From NCBI GenBank assembly GCA_965365595.1, contig CBDUCG010000002.1, positions 1 to 37,731 on the forward strand: 37,731 bases of DNA, in the 5' to 3' direction. Position 1 is the stretch's first letter; each line of letters opens with the position of its first letter. The notes under the pieces were generated by a model. The model was not told where the DNA came from. It saw only the letters and a program-made list of their open reading frames with translations, and did no database searches. Below, in pieces: positions 7,503 to 15,879 of the stretch. The position numbers were made by a program, and so were the translations under genes. The stretch comes from an uncultured bacterium (GTDB lineage: Bacteria; Desulfobacterota_D; UBA1144; Nemesobacterales; UBA2774).

Positions 7503-10500
7503 ATGGACAGCTATGATCCACGGAGCAGACTGGCAAATATTACAAGGAGTCTAAAAAAGCAGACGTACGGGTATCTGCTTCTCAGAGGCGCAGTTATTCT
7601 AACTATATTCTTTTTAATCTCCATAGGTCTCGCTTCAATTCTCTCATTTATATCCACAAATCCTTATTTTCTTGCAACTCTAAAGATACTGATAGCCCTG
7701 TTTCTACTCTACCTGTTAGCAAAATTAATAATAAGCCCCATATATATGCATACCGGAACAAACAGTTTTCTTGAAAAACTGGACGATATATCACCCGGGC
7801 TCAAAGAAGATTCGTTAAATGCTCTGGAATTGACCCAAGATTTGGATCAGTCCAGGAATGTGGGAACATCTGAAGATCTTGCGTATGGTCATATTTCAAA
7901 AACTACTTTAAAACTTGAATCTTTTGATCTTTCGTCAATATATCATTTTAATGAGTACAAAAAATACTTGGCACCTCTATTCAGCTCAATCATTTTTGCC
8001 GTTTTAGCCATTTATTTGAGTTCGTGGAGTTTTAGCAGCTTTTTTTTCAGCACGGACCTGATTCCCGGCAAAGCCGGAGACTATCTTCAACTTGCTGATA
8101 TTGAGATAACTCTAAAATATCCCGAATATACCAAGCTTGAACCTAAAGTTTTAAAAGACGGCTCCGAGGAAGTGCGCGCGGTAAAAGGAACTGAGGTTTA
8201 CTTCCAAGCTAAGCCCCTTAATGGTTTTAATACAGGGGAATTAATAATTAATAACGGAATTGCCGTTCCCGTTGAGAAAATAAAGGCGAAGATCAAATCA
8301 GAATTCTCAGTGATCAGTGACGGAACTTTTTTTATCAAAGAAACTACTAAGGGACTAAGCTCACAGGTATTTAATGTGATATCAGAAGAAGACAAAAAGC
8401 CCGAAGTAAAAATTTACAGCCCTTCCGGAGACAGATTGGAACTTGGATCGGAAGAAAAGATTGATATTTTTTATGAAGCAGGGGACGATTTTGAAATTTC
8501 GAAAATCACACTCAACTGGGAAAACCAGAAAGACCACTCTGAAACTCCAATAAAAACGGATGACAGTTTAAGCGATGAGACAAAAGGTAAATTGATATGG
8601 GGCCCAGCTGGAGTTAACCCTGAAGACGGGGAAACCATAAAACTTAGAGTAGTTGCATATGACAATGATACGATAACCGGACCTAAAGCGGGAATTTCCA
8701 ATCCAATCACGATAAAGCTCAAAGATGCCCGATCCAAACACAGGGAAACTCTAAATTTCGCGGAACAGTTCATGGAAGAGCTCATAGACATTCTGGGGGA
8801 TGAAATAAATTTATTCTCAGAAGGCGAGAAAATCATTTCAGCTTATAATTCAGAGTCGGCAATTAAAGTAACTGATCCCCCAGAATTTTTTAACAAACAA
8901 AAAAGGTTAACCCAAAAGATAGAACATGCTGTTAGCACTCTTGAAATCGCACTATCAAGCATGGCTGAGGATGAATATTCAGATTATACATTTTTTGTCG
9001 GACTCACCAATATGGAATTCAGAATAAACGACCTGTTGGATGAAAGAAAATATTTGATTGAGTCTCACAAAAATATAGACATTGCTAAAATAAATCACCT
9101 TATTTACAGAGAAATAACAGAGTTTGAGAATGACATTTTACTTCTGGATTCCATACTTAAAGGAGATAAATTGATAGACTCTCTTCGAGCAAGCAACGAA
9201 CTCATAAATGAGTACAGCGAGTTATCAGATCTGTTGAATCAACTAAAAGAGGGAGACAACGAAGAAATCGCAGAACAGATACAAGACAAGCTCGACCATA
9301 TTAAGGACCTCATGTCCAAGCTTGCAAAACAAATGAACGGACTCGGAGGAGAACTGCAGGAAGGATACTTAAATCAAGACGCTTTTGAAGCGCTAAACAT
9401 GCAAAAGCAGCTAGACCAAATTTCCAAACTCGCAAAGGAAGGAAAATTACAAGAAGCCCTTAATATGCTCGCAAGCATGTCACAAAATCTTCAGAAGATG
9501 ATAGCATCCCTTGAAAATGGAATGCAGTCATTTGGGTCTTCAATGATGGCAAAGGAAATGTCCAAATTAATTGAATTAATATCGCGGATCCAGAATATAG
9601 AAACACAGGAATCATCTTTAAAGGATAATACGGAGAGGCTTAAGAAATCAATGCTGGACAACCCGGGTTTACCCGGGCAAAACCTCCGGGATTTTATAGA
9701 AAAAGAGATGGAAAAAACCAACGAACTGACAAAAAGCCTAAAGGACGCCAGAACCAGAATATCTAAAAACACACCTAAAGGAAGTAGTCCTGAGGGAGCT
9801 TATCTTATTGAAAAAATGATTGAAAAAACGGAGCAGCTAAGCAATTGGCTCCAAGCCATGGATTTTAACGAAGCGGAAAAAAATGCACAAAGCATACAAG
9901 AAAGCACACTCGGACTAAAAGAAATGAGCAATATTAATTACGGCAGTCTTGGCAAAGCATATGAAGAAATTAAGAATGCCAGCAGAATAGCCAGAGAGAT
10001 CAGAGAGGACCTGAAACAATTTGCTACAAGCGGCGGCAGGAAAGGACCGTTTGATCAAATGGCATCAAGACAGAGTGAGATACAATACGAAACCGGAGAT
10101 CTGAACAAAGAGCTTTCTGAATCAGGGAGCGGTTTCTTTATTACGCCTCAATTGAGTGAAAAGTTGGGACAGGCAGAGAATTTCATGAAAAACGCAACTG
10201 ACGACCTGCACGGGAGCCTGGTTTCAAAAGCAATATCCAATCAGGAGGAAGCGTTGAAATCACTAAGGGAAGCAAAAGAGCAAGCTCAGGATATGGTGCA
10301 GCAAATGAAAATGAGCGCCGGAGGTAATGGTACTCCGGCTCCTATGATGCTTGGGCAAAGACAATCGGGGCAAAGCTCTCAGGGAAAAGACACCAGATAT
10401 GTTGAAATCCCCGCAGTTGACGAGTCACAGATTGGAAAAGAATATAAACAGCAAATTCTGGAAGCAATGAAGGGAGGATCTCCAGAGGGCTACATTAAGC

Positions 10501-10535
10501 TGAACAAAAAGTATTACGACAGGATTATCAAATGA
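7503..10535 (+). CDS. Large membrane-anchored protein with a beta-rich domain, a long coiled coil and a Gln/Gly-rich tail (DUF4175/TIGR02302-like)
   Basis: 1010 aa. Three N-terminal TM helices are present: LLLRGAVILTIFFLISIGLASIL, LKILIALFLLYLLAKLII and LFSSIIFAVLAIYLSSW. A beta-rich region follows (KIDIFYEAGDDFEISKITL...LRVVAYDNDTITGP), then about 550 aa rich in K/E/L heptads, then GQRQSGQSSQG...YKQQILEAMK...YYDRIIK. The stop overlaps the next start (ATGA). Confidence 0.8.
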   Translation: MDSYDPRSRLANITRSLKKQTYGYLLLRGAVILTIFFLISIGLASILSFISTNPYFLATLKILIALFLLYLLAKLIISPIYMHTGTNSFLEKLDDISPGLKEDSLNALELTQDLDQSRNVGTSEDLAYGHISKTTLKLESFDLSSIYHFNEYKKYLAPLFSSIIFAVLAIYLSSWSFSSFFFSTDLIPGKAGDYLQLADIEITLKYPEYTKLEPKVLKDGSEEVRAVKGTEVYFQAKPLNGFNTGELIINNGIAVPVEKIKAKIKSEFSVISDGTFFIKETTKGLSSQVFNVISEEDKKPEVKIYSPSGDRLELGSEEKIDIFYEAGDDFEISKITLNWENQKDHSETPIKTDDSLSDETKGKLIWGPAGVNPEDGETIKLRVVAYDNDTITGPKAGISNPITIKLKDARSKHRETLNFAEQFMEELIDILGDEINLFSEGEKIISAYNSESAIKVTDPPEFFNKQKRLTQKIEHAVSTLEIALSSMAEDEYSDYTFFVGLTNMEFRINDLLDERKYLIESHKNIDIAKINHLIYREITEFENDILLLDSILKGDKLIDSLRASNELINEYSELSDLLNQLKEGDNEEIAEQIQDKLDHIKDLMSKLAKQMNGLGGELQEGYLNQDAFEALNMQKQLDQISKLAKEGKLQEALNMLASMSQNLQKMIASLENGMQSFGSSMMAKEMSKLIELISRIQNIETQESSLKDNTERLKKSMLDNPGLPGQNLRDFIEKEMEKTNELTKSLKDARTRISKNTPKGSSPEGAYLIEKMIEKTEQLSNWLQAMDFNEAEKNAQSIQESTLGLKEMSNINYGSLGKAYEEIKNASRIAREIREDLKQFATSGGRKGPFDQMASRQSEIQYETGDLNKELSESGSGFFITPQLSEKLGQAENFMKNATDDLHGSLVSKAISNQEEALKSLREAKEQAQDMVQQMKMSAGGNGTPAPMMLGQRQSGQSSQGKDTRYVEIPAVDESQIGKEYKQQILEAMKGGSPEGYIKLNKKYYDRIIK

Positions 10536-12145
10536 AGCTAAAATCAATTATGACACTGATAATAATTTTGGTTATTTACTCGTCTGCCATAGCCCAGAAT
10601 ATGGAAGGGCCTGATATAGATAAAGTTTTAGAGAAGGTAGAGAATGATATAAAGACATGGCAGATTAATAGCGCCTCTGAATCCATCAATACCGTCCTGG
10701 ATGCTCCAGCAACAGAGAGGCAGATGTACAAAACCTTCTATTTAAAAGCACTTGTAGATTTCTATAAAGGAGATTATAGAAGTGCCAACGAATACGCAGA
10801 TAAAGCGTTATCCTCAAAAGAAAAGGAAGAGGACTCAAGTTTTCTCTATTTTATTTCCGGCGCTTCAAAAGGAAGTCCGAAATTCAAAGAAATCCGCTCA
10901 GAGCATTTTGTGATTCGCTATGCTCATCCGAAAGATATAATACTTGCAGAATACGCCAAGGACGTACTGGAAAAATCCCGTTTTGAAATCGGACTCGACC
11001 TCGATGCTTACCCCAAGGACCATGTAATCATAGAAATCTATCCCGATATGGAAAGCTTTACACTGGCTTCAACGCTTCCGGCTGCAAATGTAGAAAAAAC
11101 AGGTGTTGTAGGAATTTGCAAATTCAACAGGATAATGATTCTTTCTCCGAGGCTTTTACCCAAGGGTTATACTTGGGCCGACACTCTCGCTCATGAATAT
11201 GTTCATTATCTCGTATTTATTAAAAGCCACAACAGGGTTCCGGTATGGCTCCATGAGGGTATAGCAAAATATGAGGAAAAGAGATGGAAGGAAAAAACGA
11301 GCGATGTAATCAGCCCGATTTATGAAACTATCTTATCAGAAGCGTTAGATAATGGCGCTTTGGTGCCGATCGAAAAAATGCATCCCTCTCTCGCAATGCT
11401 TGAAAGTGCGCATGAGGCACAACTTGCATTCGCTCAATCAGGAACTATGGTAAGCCACCTGGTGGACAACTGGGGAAAAGAAGCTCTTGTAAACCTGATC
11501 GAATCTATAAAAAAAACAAACGACTACCAAACCGCAATAGAGACTGTGACAGAACTCGAATTCCCACGGTTCTACGATTCCTGGGAAAGAAATCTCAGAT
11601 CAATGAACCTCGAACAGAAAATCCCTGGGGTCAGCGTAAAAGGAGTCAGAATTAAGGACAGGGAGAAAAAGTCAAAAGACGGTAGTGAGGATTTGGTAGA
11701 TATTGACGATAAAAGAGCCAGGGACTATACCAAGCTCGGAGATATGCTAAAACAAAGAGGGCGATTGAGTCCGGCAAGTTATGAATATAAAAAAGCTCTT
11801 GAACTAGACCCCTATTCGCCGATAATTTCGAGCAGGCTCGCATCGACTCTTAACAATATCGGGAAATCCAAAAGAGCCAGGGAAGTCCTTTCTCCAATGA
11901 TTGAATTCTATCCAAGCCATATGGATATCCATATGATTCTGGGAAGAATATATATGGACGAGGGTAATCTCAATAAAGCCGAAGAGTCCTATTTAACCGC
12001 GGCTACAATTAACCCTTACGATCCCGAGGTACATGCCTCACTAATTGTCCTGTATGATAAAGAGGGCAATTTGGAACTAAAAGAGAGAGAAGAAAAATTT
12101 CTAAAAATATTGCTTAATGAGGAAATCGCTGATGGAAAACAATGA
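10532..12145 (+). CDS. Secreted gluzincin-type metallopeptidase (Peptidase_MA-like HExxH...E) with C-terminal TPR repeats
   Basis: The signal peptide is MKLKSIMTLIIILVIYSSAIAQN. HEYVHYLV is followed 19 residues later by WLHEGIAKYEE. TPR-like repeats are present (YKKALELDPYSP, MILGRIYMDEGNLNKAEESYLTAATINPYDPE). Confidence 0.8.
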   Translation: MKLKSIMTLIIILVIYSSAIAQNMEGPDIDKVLEKVENDIKTWQINSASESINTVLDAPATERQMYKTFYLKALVDFYKGDYRSANEYADKALSSKEKEEDSSFLYFISGASKGSPKFKEIRSEHFVIRYAHPKDIILAEYAKDVLEKSRFEIGLDLDAYPKDHVIIEIYPDMESFTLASTLPAANVEKTGVVGICKFNRIMILSPRLLPKGYTWADTLAHEYVHYLVFIKSHNRVPVWLHEGIAKYEEKRWKEKTSDVISPIYETILSEALDNGALVPIEKMHPSLAMLESAHEAQLAFAQSGTMVSHLVDNWGKEALVNLIESIKKTNDYQTAIETVTELEFPRFYDSWERNLRSMNLEQKIPGVSVKGVRIKDREKKSKDGSEDLVDIDDKRARDYTKLGDMLKQRGRLSPASYEYKKALELDPYSPIISSRLASTLNNIGKSKRAREVLSPMIEFYPSHMDIHMILGRIYMDEGNLNKAEESYLTAATINPYDPEVHASLIVLYDKEGNLELKEREEKFLKILLNEEIADGKQ

Positions 12146-13160
12146 AAATAGCCGGCTGGATATAGAAAAAGTTGAAGAGCTTGCAAGAGTTAAAAATGAA
12201 ATCGTATCCGAAATCGGCAAAGTAATCGTCGGTCAAGAAGAAGTTATAGAGCTGTTATTAATTTCTTTAATGTCTTCCGGGCATTCTCTTTTTGTTGGCG
12301 TTCCGGGTTTGGCTAAAACTCTATTAGTCAGCACACTGGCTGATGTCTTAAATCTAAAATTCAACCGGGTTCAGTTCACGCCCGACCTTATGCCCTCTGA
12401 CATAACCGGGTCTGAAGTTTTAGATAAAGATGATTTATCGAACAAGAGATATTTCAGGTTTATTCACGGTCCTATTTTCTGCAATATATTGCTGGCAGAT
12501 GAAATAAACCGTGCATCTCCCAAAACTCAGGCTGCTCTTCTTCAGGCAATGCAGGAGAAAAAAGTAACTGTTGGCGGAGAGACTTACCCTATAGCCTCGC
12601 CGTTTTTAGTATTTGCAACTCAGAACCCGATTGAGCAGGAAGGCACATATCCGCTACCTGAGGCCGAGCTTGATAGGTTTATGTTCCAGATTGAAGTATC
12701 CTACCCTTCTTACAGTGAGGAGCTAGAGATTGTAAAAACCACAACAGGCACATACAGACCTGAACTTAGAAAGATTCTCGACTCAAATAAGATTATAGAA
12801 TTTCAGAATCTAGTTCACCGAGTACCCGTTACCGATCATGTGGCTTCATACGCTGTTAAAGTAGCAAGGGCTACCCGTCCGGACGATCCGGGGACTTCTG
12901 AATCTGTCAGAAACAGCCTGGCGTGGGGAGTTGGCCCCAGAGCGTCTCAGTATTTGATATTCGGCAGTAAAGCGAGAGCAGTTTTAAATGGAAGATACAC
13001 ACCCACAACGGAGGATGTAATTGCGATTGCTCCATCAGTATTAAAACATAGAGTTGTCTTGAATTTCAGGGCGGAGGCCGAAGGAATAAAACCTGAGGAA
13101 ATTATTCAGGAAATACTAAATGGAATCCGTCATCAGGATTCTGATCGTCTCCAGGCTTAG
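12132..13160 (+). CDS. moxR: MoxR-family AAA+ ATPase
   Basis: Walker A is GVPGLAKT and Walker B is LLADEINRASPKTQAALLQAMQE. FLVFATQNPIEQEGTYPLPEAELDRF is also present. I chose ATG 12132 (GAGGA 8 nt upstream) over 12117. It overlaps the upstream gene by 14 nt. Confidence 0.92.
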   Translation: MENNENSRLDIEKVEELARVKNEIVSEIGKVIVGQEEVIELLLISLMSSGHSLFVGVPGLAKTLLVSTLADVLNLKFNRVQFTPDLMPSDITGSEVLDKDDLSNKRYFRFIHGPIFCNILLADEINRASPKTQAALLQAMQEKKVTVGGETYPIASPFLVFATQNPIEQEGTYPLPEAELDRFMFQIEVSYPSYSEELEIVKTTTGTYRPELRKILDSNKIIEFQNLVHRVPVTDHVASYAVKVARATRPDDPGTSESVRNSLAWGVGPRASQYLIFGSKARAVLNGRYTPTTEDVIAIAPSVLKHRVVLNFRAEAEGIKPEEIIQEILNGIRHQDSDRLQA

Positions 13161-14685
13161 ACTCAGGTGCCATCACGCTGAATTTGGTCTTTAGTAATGC
13201 CTCAACCGACGGCTCAATTCTTTCCAGGAAAGGTTTTGGATAAATACCCATAACAAACATCATTATCGCAAGCGGAAGCACAACGATTATCTCTCTTAAG
13301 TTAATATCCTGAAGGACCTTGTTTGCAGCATTATTAAGCGGGCCGAAGAATACTCTCTGATAAGCCCAGAGCATATAGATTGCGCCCAATATAATTCCCG
13401 TAGCCCCCAGGGCCGAATATATCCAATTAAATTTGAAAGCTCCAAGCAATATCAGAAATTCGCCTACAAAACCGTTTAATAGAGGAAGACCGATGGAAGC
13501 CAGTGTGGAAATCATAAAAAACGCGGCAAATATGGGCATTACCTTGGCAATCCCTCCAAAGTCGGCAATTTTCTTTGTATGCCTCCTGTCATACACCATA
13601 CCTACCAATATAAACAGAGCGCCTGTTGAAATACCGTGGTTTATCATCTGGTAAACCCCACCCTGCATGCCCTGAATATTGAGCACAAAAATACCCAGCA
13701 TTACCAAACCCAGATGGCTTACGCTTGAGTAGGCAACCAGTTTTTTAAGGTCCTTTTGAGCAAACGCAACCATAGCGCCGTAAATAACACCGATAATTGC
13801 CAACACTATAAGAATTGGCAGATAGGCAATAAAAGCGTCAGGGAAAAACGGCATCAGAAACCTTAGAAATCCATACGTTCCCATCTTCAGCAGCACACCG
13901 GCAAGAATGACGCTGCCCGCGGTCGGTGCCTCAACGTGGGCATCGGGGAGCCATGTATGGAACGGAAACATCGGCACTTTAATTGCAAATGCCAGGAAGA
14001 AGGCTAGAAAAGCCAACCCCTGCGGGCTCAATATACTGTTAAACGGTACGTCTAACTTGTAGAAATCCAGAACGTCCATCGAGGCAAAGCCAAACTGATC
14101 AATGTGAAGATAATAGAGATATAAAATGGCAATCAGCATTAGAGCGCTTCCGAACGCCGTATAAATAAAGAACTTTATTGCTGCGTAAATTCTCCTCTCC
14201 GTACCCCATATTCCTACTATAAAGTACATAGGAATCAGAACCGCTTCCCAGAATATGAAGAACAGAATCATATCCAGAGCAGCAAAGGTACCTATTAAAG
14301 CGGTTTGAAGCACAAGCATTAATATCAGAAATTCCCGCATTCCTTTGTGTATAGACCGCCAGGAGCCAAGAATTGTAATGGGCATAATAAATGTGGTGAG
14401 CAGTACCAGAAAGAGACTGATACCGTCAAGCCCGACATGGTAGCTAATACCAAGGCTTTCTATCCACGGGATCTTTTGCACAAACTGCATGGCAGCCGAT
14501 CCGCTTTCAAAATTGGTGAATAATGGAATGGAAATCAGAAACTCTACAAGGGTTACAACCAAAGCTCCTTTTTTTATGGAGTCTTCAGAATTTTCATATA
14601 TATATGACAGAAAAAGAATGACAGGTATCCCAATAAGTGGGAAAAATATTACCAGTGAGAGATTGCCGCCAAGAAGCGATTCCAT
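13102..14685 (-). CDS. nuoM: NADH-quinone oxidoreductase subunit M (ND4-type antiporter-like subunit), not flanked by other nuo genes
   Basis: 527 aa and polytopic. WLPDAHVEAPTAGSVILAGVLLKMGTYGFLRF is the NuoM-specific signature, unlike NuoL (WLPDAMEGPTPVS) or NuoN. The last 59 nt overlap the convergent moxR 3' end. Confidence 0.88.
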   Translation of the reverse strand: MESLLGGNLSLVIFFPLIGIPVILFLSYIYENSEDSIKKGALVVTLVEFLISIPLFTNFESGSAAMQFVQKIPWIESLGISYHVGLDGISLFLVLLTTFIMPITILGSWRSIHKGMREFLILMLVLQTALIGTFAALDMILFFIFWEAVLIPMYFIVGIWGTERRIYAAIKFFIYTAFGSALMLIAILYLYYLHIDQFGFASMDVLDFYKLDVPFNSILSPQGLAFLAFFLAFAIKVPMFPFHTWLPDAHVEAPTAGSVILAGVLLKMGTYGFLRFLMPFFPDAFIAYLPILIVLAIIGVIYGAMVAFAQKDLKKLVAYSSVSHLGLVMLGIFVLNIQGMQGGVYQMINHGISTGALFILVGMVYDRRHTKKIADFGGIAKVMPIFAAFFMISTLASIGLPLLNGFVGEFLILLGAFKFNWIYSALGATGIILGAIYMLWAYQRVFFGPLNNAANKVLQDINLREIIVVLPLAIMMFVMGIYPKPFLERIEPSVEALLKTKFSVMAPESKPGDDQNPDDGFHLVFPE

Positions 14686-14740
14686 GTTGTTAGATGCTGT
14701 CCTTTTTAACGTGAATGAATGCTAGAATTTATGGGCTGTA

Positions 14741-14768
14741 AATATACTATAGTGAGTAGATGTTTCAA
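14741..14768 (-). promoter_or_regulatory. Candidate sigma70-type promoter for nuoM
   Basis: On the minus strand: TTGAAA (14768..14763), 16 nt spacer, TATATT (14746..14741). This is about 55 nt upstream of the nuoM ATG. Confidence 0.4.
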
Positions 14769-14797
14769 GGCGCAAAAAAATACAAAATTATAGTTTG

Positions 14798-15229
14798 TTA
14801 ACCACACTCGCCGCAGATGCCTTTCAGGTGTAGGTCAAGGGAGTTAATTTTGGCTTTTTCAAGATGTGAGCGTCCAGCATCCATCTTATAATTGATATCT
14901 TGCAAATAAACGTCGAAGACTTTACCACATTTGGTGCATACAAAGTGGTGGTGCTCTTCTAAATTCGTATCATATCTCATTGACGCGCCGCCCAGGTCGA
15001 GGTGTTTAAGAAGGTCAGACTCAACCAATTGCTCCATGTTGCGGTAAACAGTGGCCAAAGAAAGCATCGGATATTCTTCCTTTGCCCTCCGATATACTTC
15101 GTCTACTGTAATGTGCTGGTTGGCCTCAGATAAAATACGGAAAATCACCATCCTCTGGGGCGTTAATTTAAGATTACGCTCTTTAGACAATGATATAAGT
15201 TTATTAAGATTTTCAGTGTTTGGAGTCAT
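14798..15229 (-). CDS. Fur-family metalloregulator (Fur/PerR/Zur class not resolved)
   Basis: The winged-helix region reads LTPQRMVIFRIL...ATVYRNMEQL. HHHFVCTKCGKVFD and a C-terminal CGEC give the two CxxC pairs of the structural Zn site. Confidence 0.88.
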   Translation of the reverse strand: MTPNTENLNKLISLSKERNLKLTPQRMVIFRILSEANQHITVDEVYRRAKEEYPMLSLATVYRNMEQLVESDLLKHLDLGGASMRYDTNLEEHHHFVCTKCGKVFDVYLQDINYKMDAGRSHLEKAKINSLDLHLKGICGECG

Positions 15230-15370
15230 TTGTATTCCTAAAGAGTAATTTAATATATATTTAACCTTAATGCCGACTTAAATGCAAATAATTCTCATCT
15301 AGTTTCTATTCTTATTTGATATTGGGTATTGCCCTGATATAATAATGCCTCTAATCATAAATGCCGTTGG

Positions 15371-15385
15371 GATAAGACATTTATC
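15371..15385. promoter_or_regulatory. Palindrome GATAAGACATTTATC, a possible operator in the fur / Fe-S divergent region
   Basis: GATAA-N5-TTATC is an inverted repeat about 67 nt upstream of the DUF59 gene ATG. The half-sites resemble Fur-box GATAAT/ATTATC hexamers but the spacing is non-canonical. Confidence 0.2.
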
Positions 15386-15451
15386 AAAATAATGGTACTC
15401 TTATTTTTAGCAAGCTCTAAGAATGAGTGGAAAATAAGGGAGGTTTACAGC

Positions 15452-15862
15452 ATGGGAATGAAAAAAATAATCAGTATTATACCTGACACACCTTCAGAAA
15501 AGACTGATAAAGGCGTGAGTTTTAAGAAATTCGATAAGTCTAATAAGCCTGCGGCGGATTTAGATTTAACTGAGGAAACAGTATACGCCGCGCTTAAGAA
15601 TGTATACGACCCAGAAATACCGGTCAGTATAGTCGACCTTGGACTAATTTACGATGTAGGAATTTCCTCTGGAAACAACGTAAACCTTAAAATGACGCTT
15701 ACAACACCCGGATGCGGAATGGGCGCCATGATAGCAGGGCAGGCCGAGGAAGCTATTAAAAATGCCGGCGCAAGGAATGTGCTGGTAGAAGTCGTATGGG
15801 ATCCGCCGTGGAACCCGGATATGATGTCAGACGAAGCTAAAACGAAACTTGGAATAGAATAA
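15452..15862 (+). CDS. DUF59 (MIP18/SufT-like) Fe-S assembly protein
   Basis: VYDPEIPVSIVDLGLIYDV...LKMTLTTPGCGMG is present. I chose ATG 15452 (GGGAGG 8 nt upstream) rather than the tracked 15392. Confidence 0.85.
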   Translation: MGMKKIISIIPDTPSEKTDKGVSFKKFDKSNKPAADLDLTEETVYAALKNVYDPEIPVSIVDLGLIYDVGISSGNNVNLKMTLTTPGCGMGAMIAGQAEEAIKNAGARNVLVEVVWDPPWNPDMMSDEAKTKLGIE

Positions 15863-15879
15863 GGAGCAATATACAAAAT

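Noticed and set aside
8198-9772. Several 65-121-aa minus-strand ORFs inside the 1010-aa gene
   Set aside because: They are shadow ORFs, as expected opposite a long K/E/L-rich coiled-coil coding region.
13102-14685. Reading the orphan antiporter-like protein as DabB, MrpD or NuoL
   Set aside because: The WLPDAHVEAPTAGS motif and the ~500-aa, 14-TM-like length match NuoM/ND4. No DabA (DUF2309) or mrp genes are adjacent. Only a phylogeny could settle this, so it stays a caveat in the finding.
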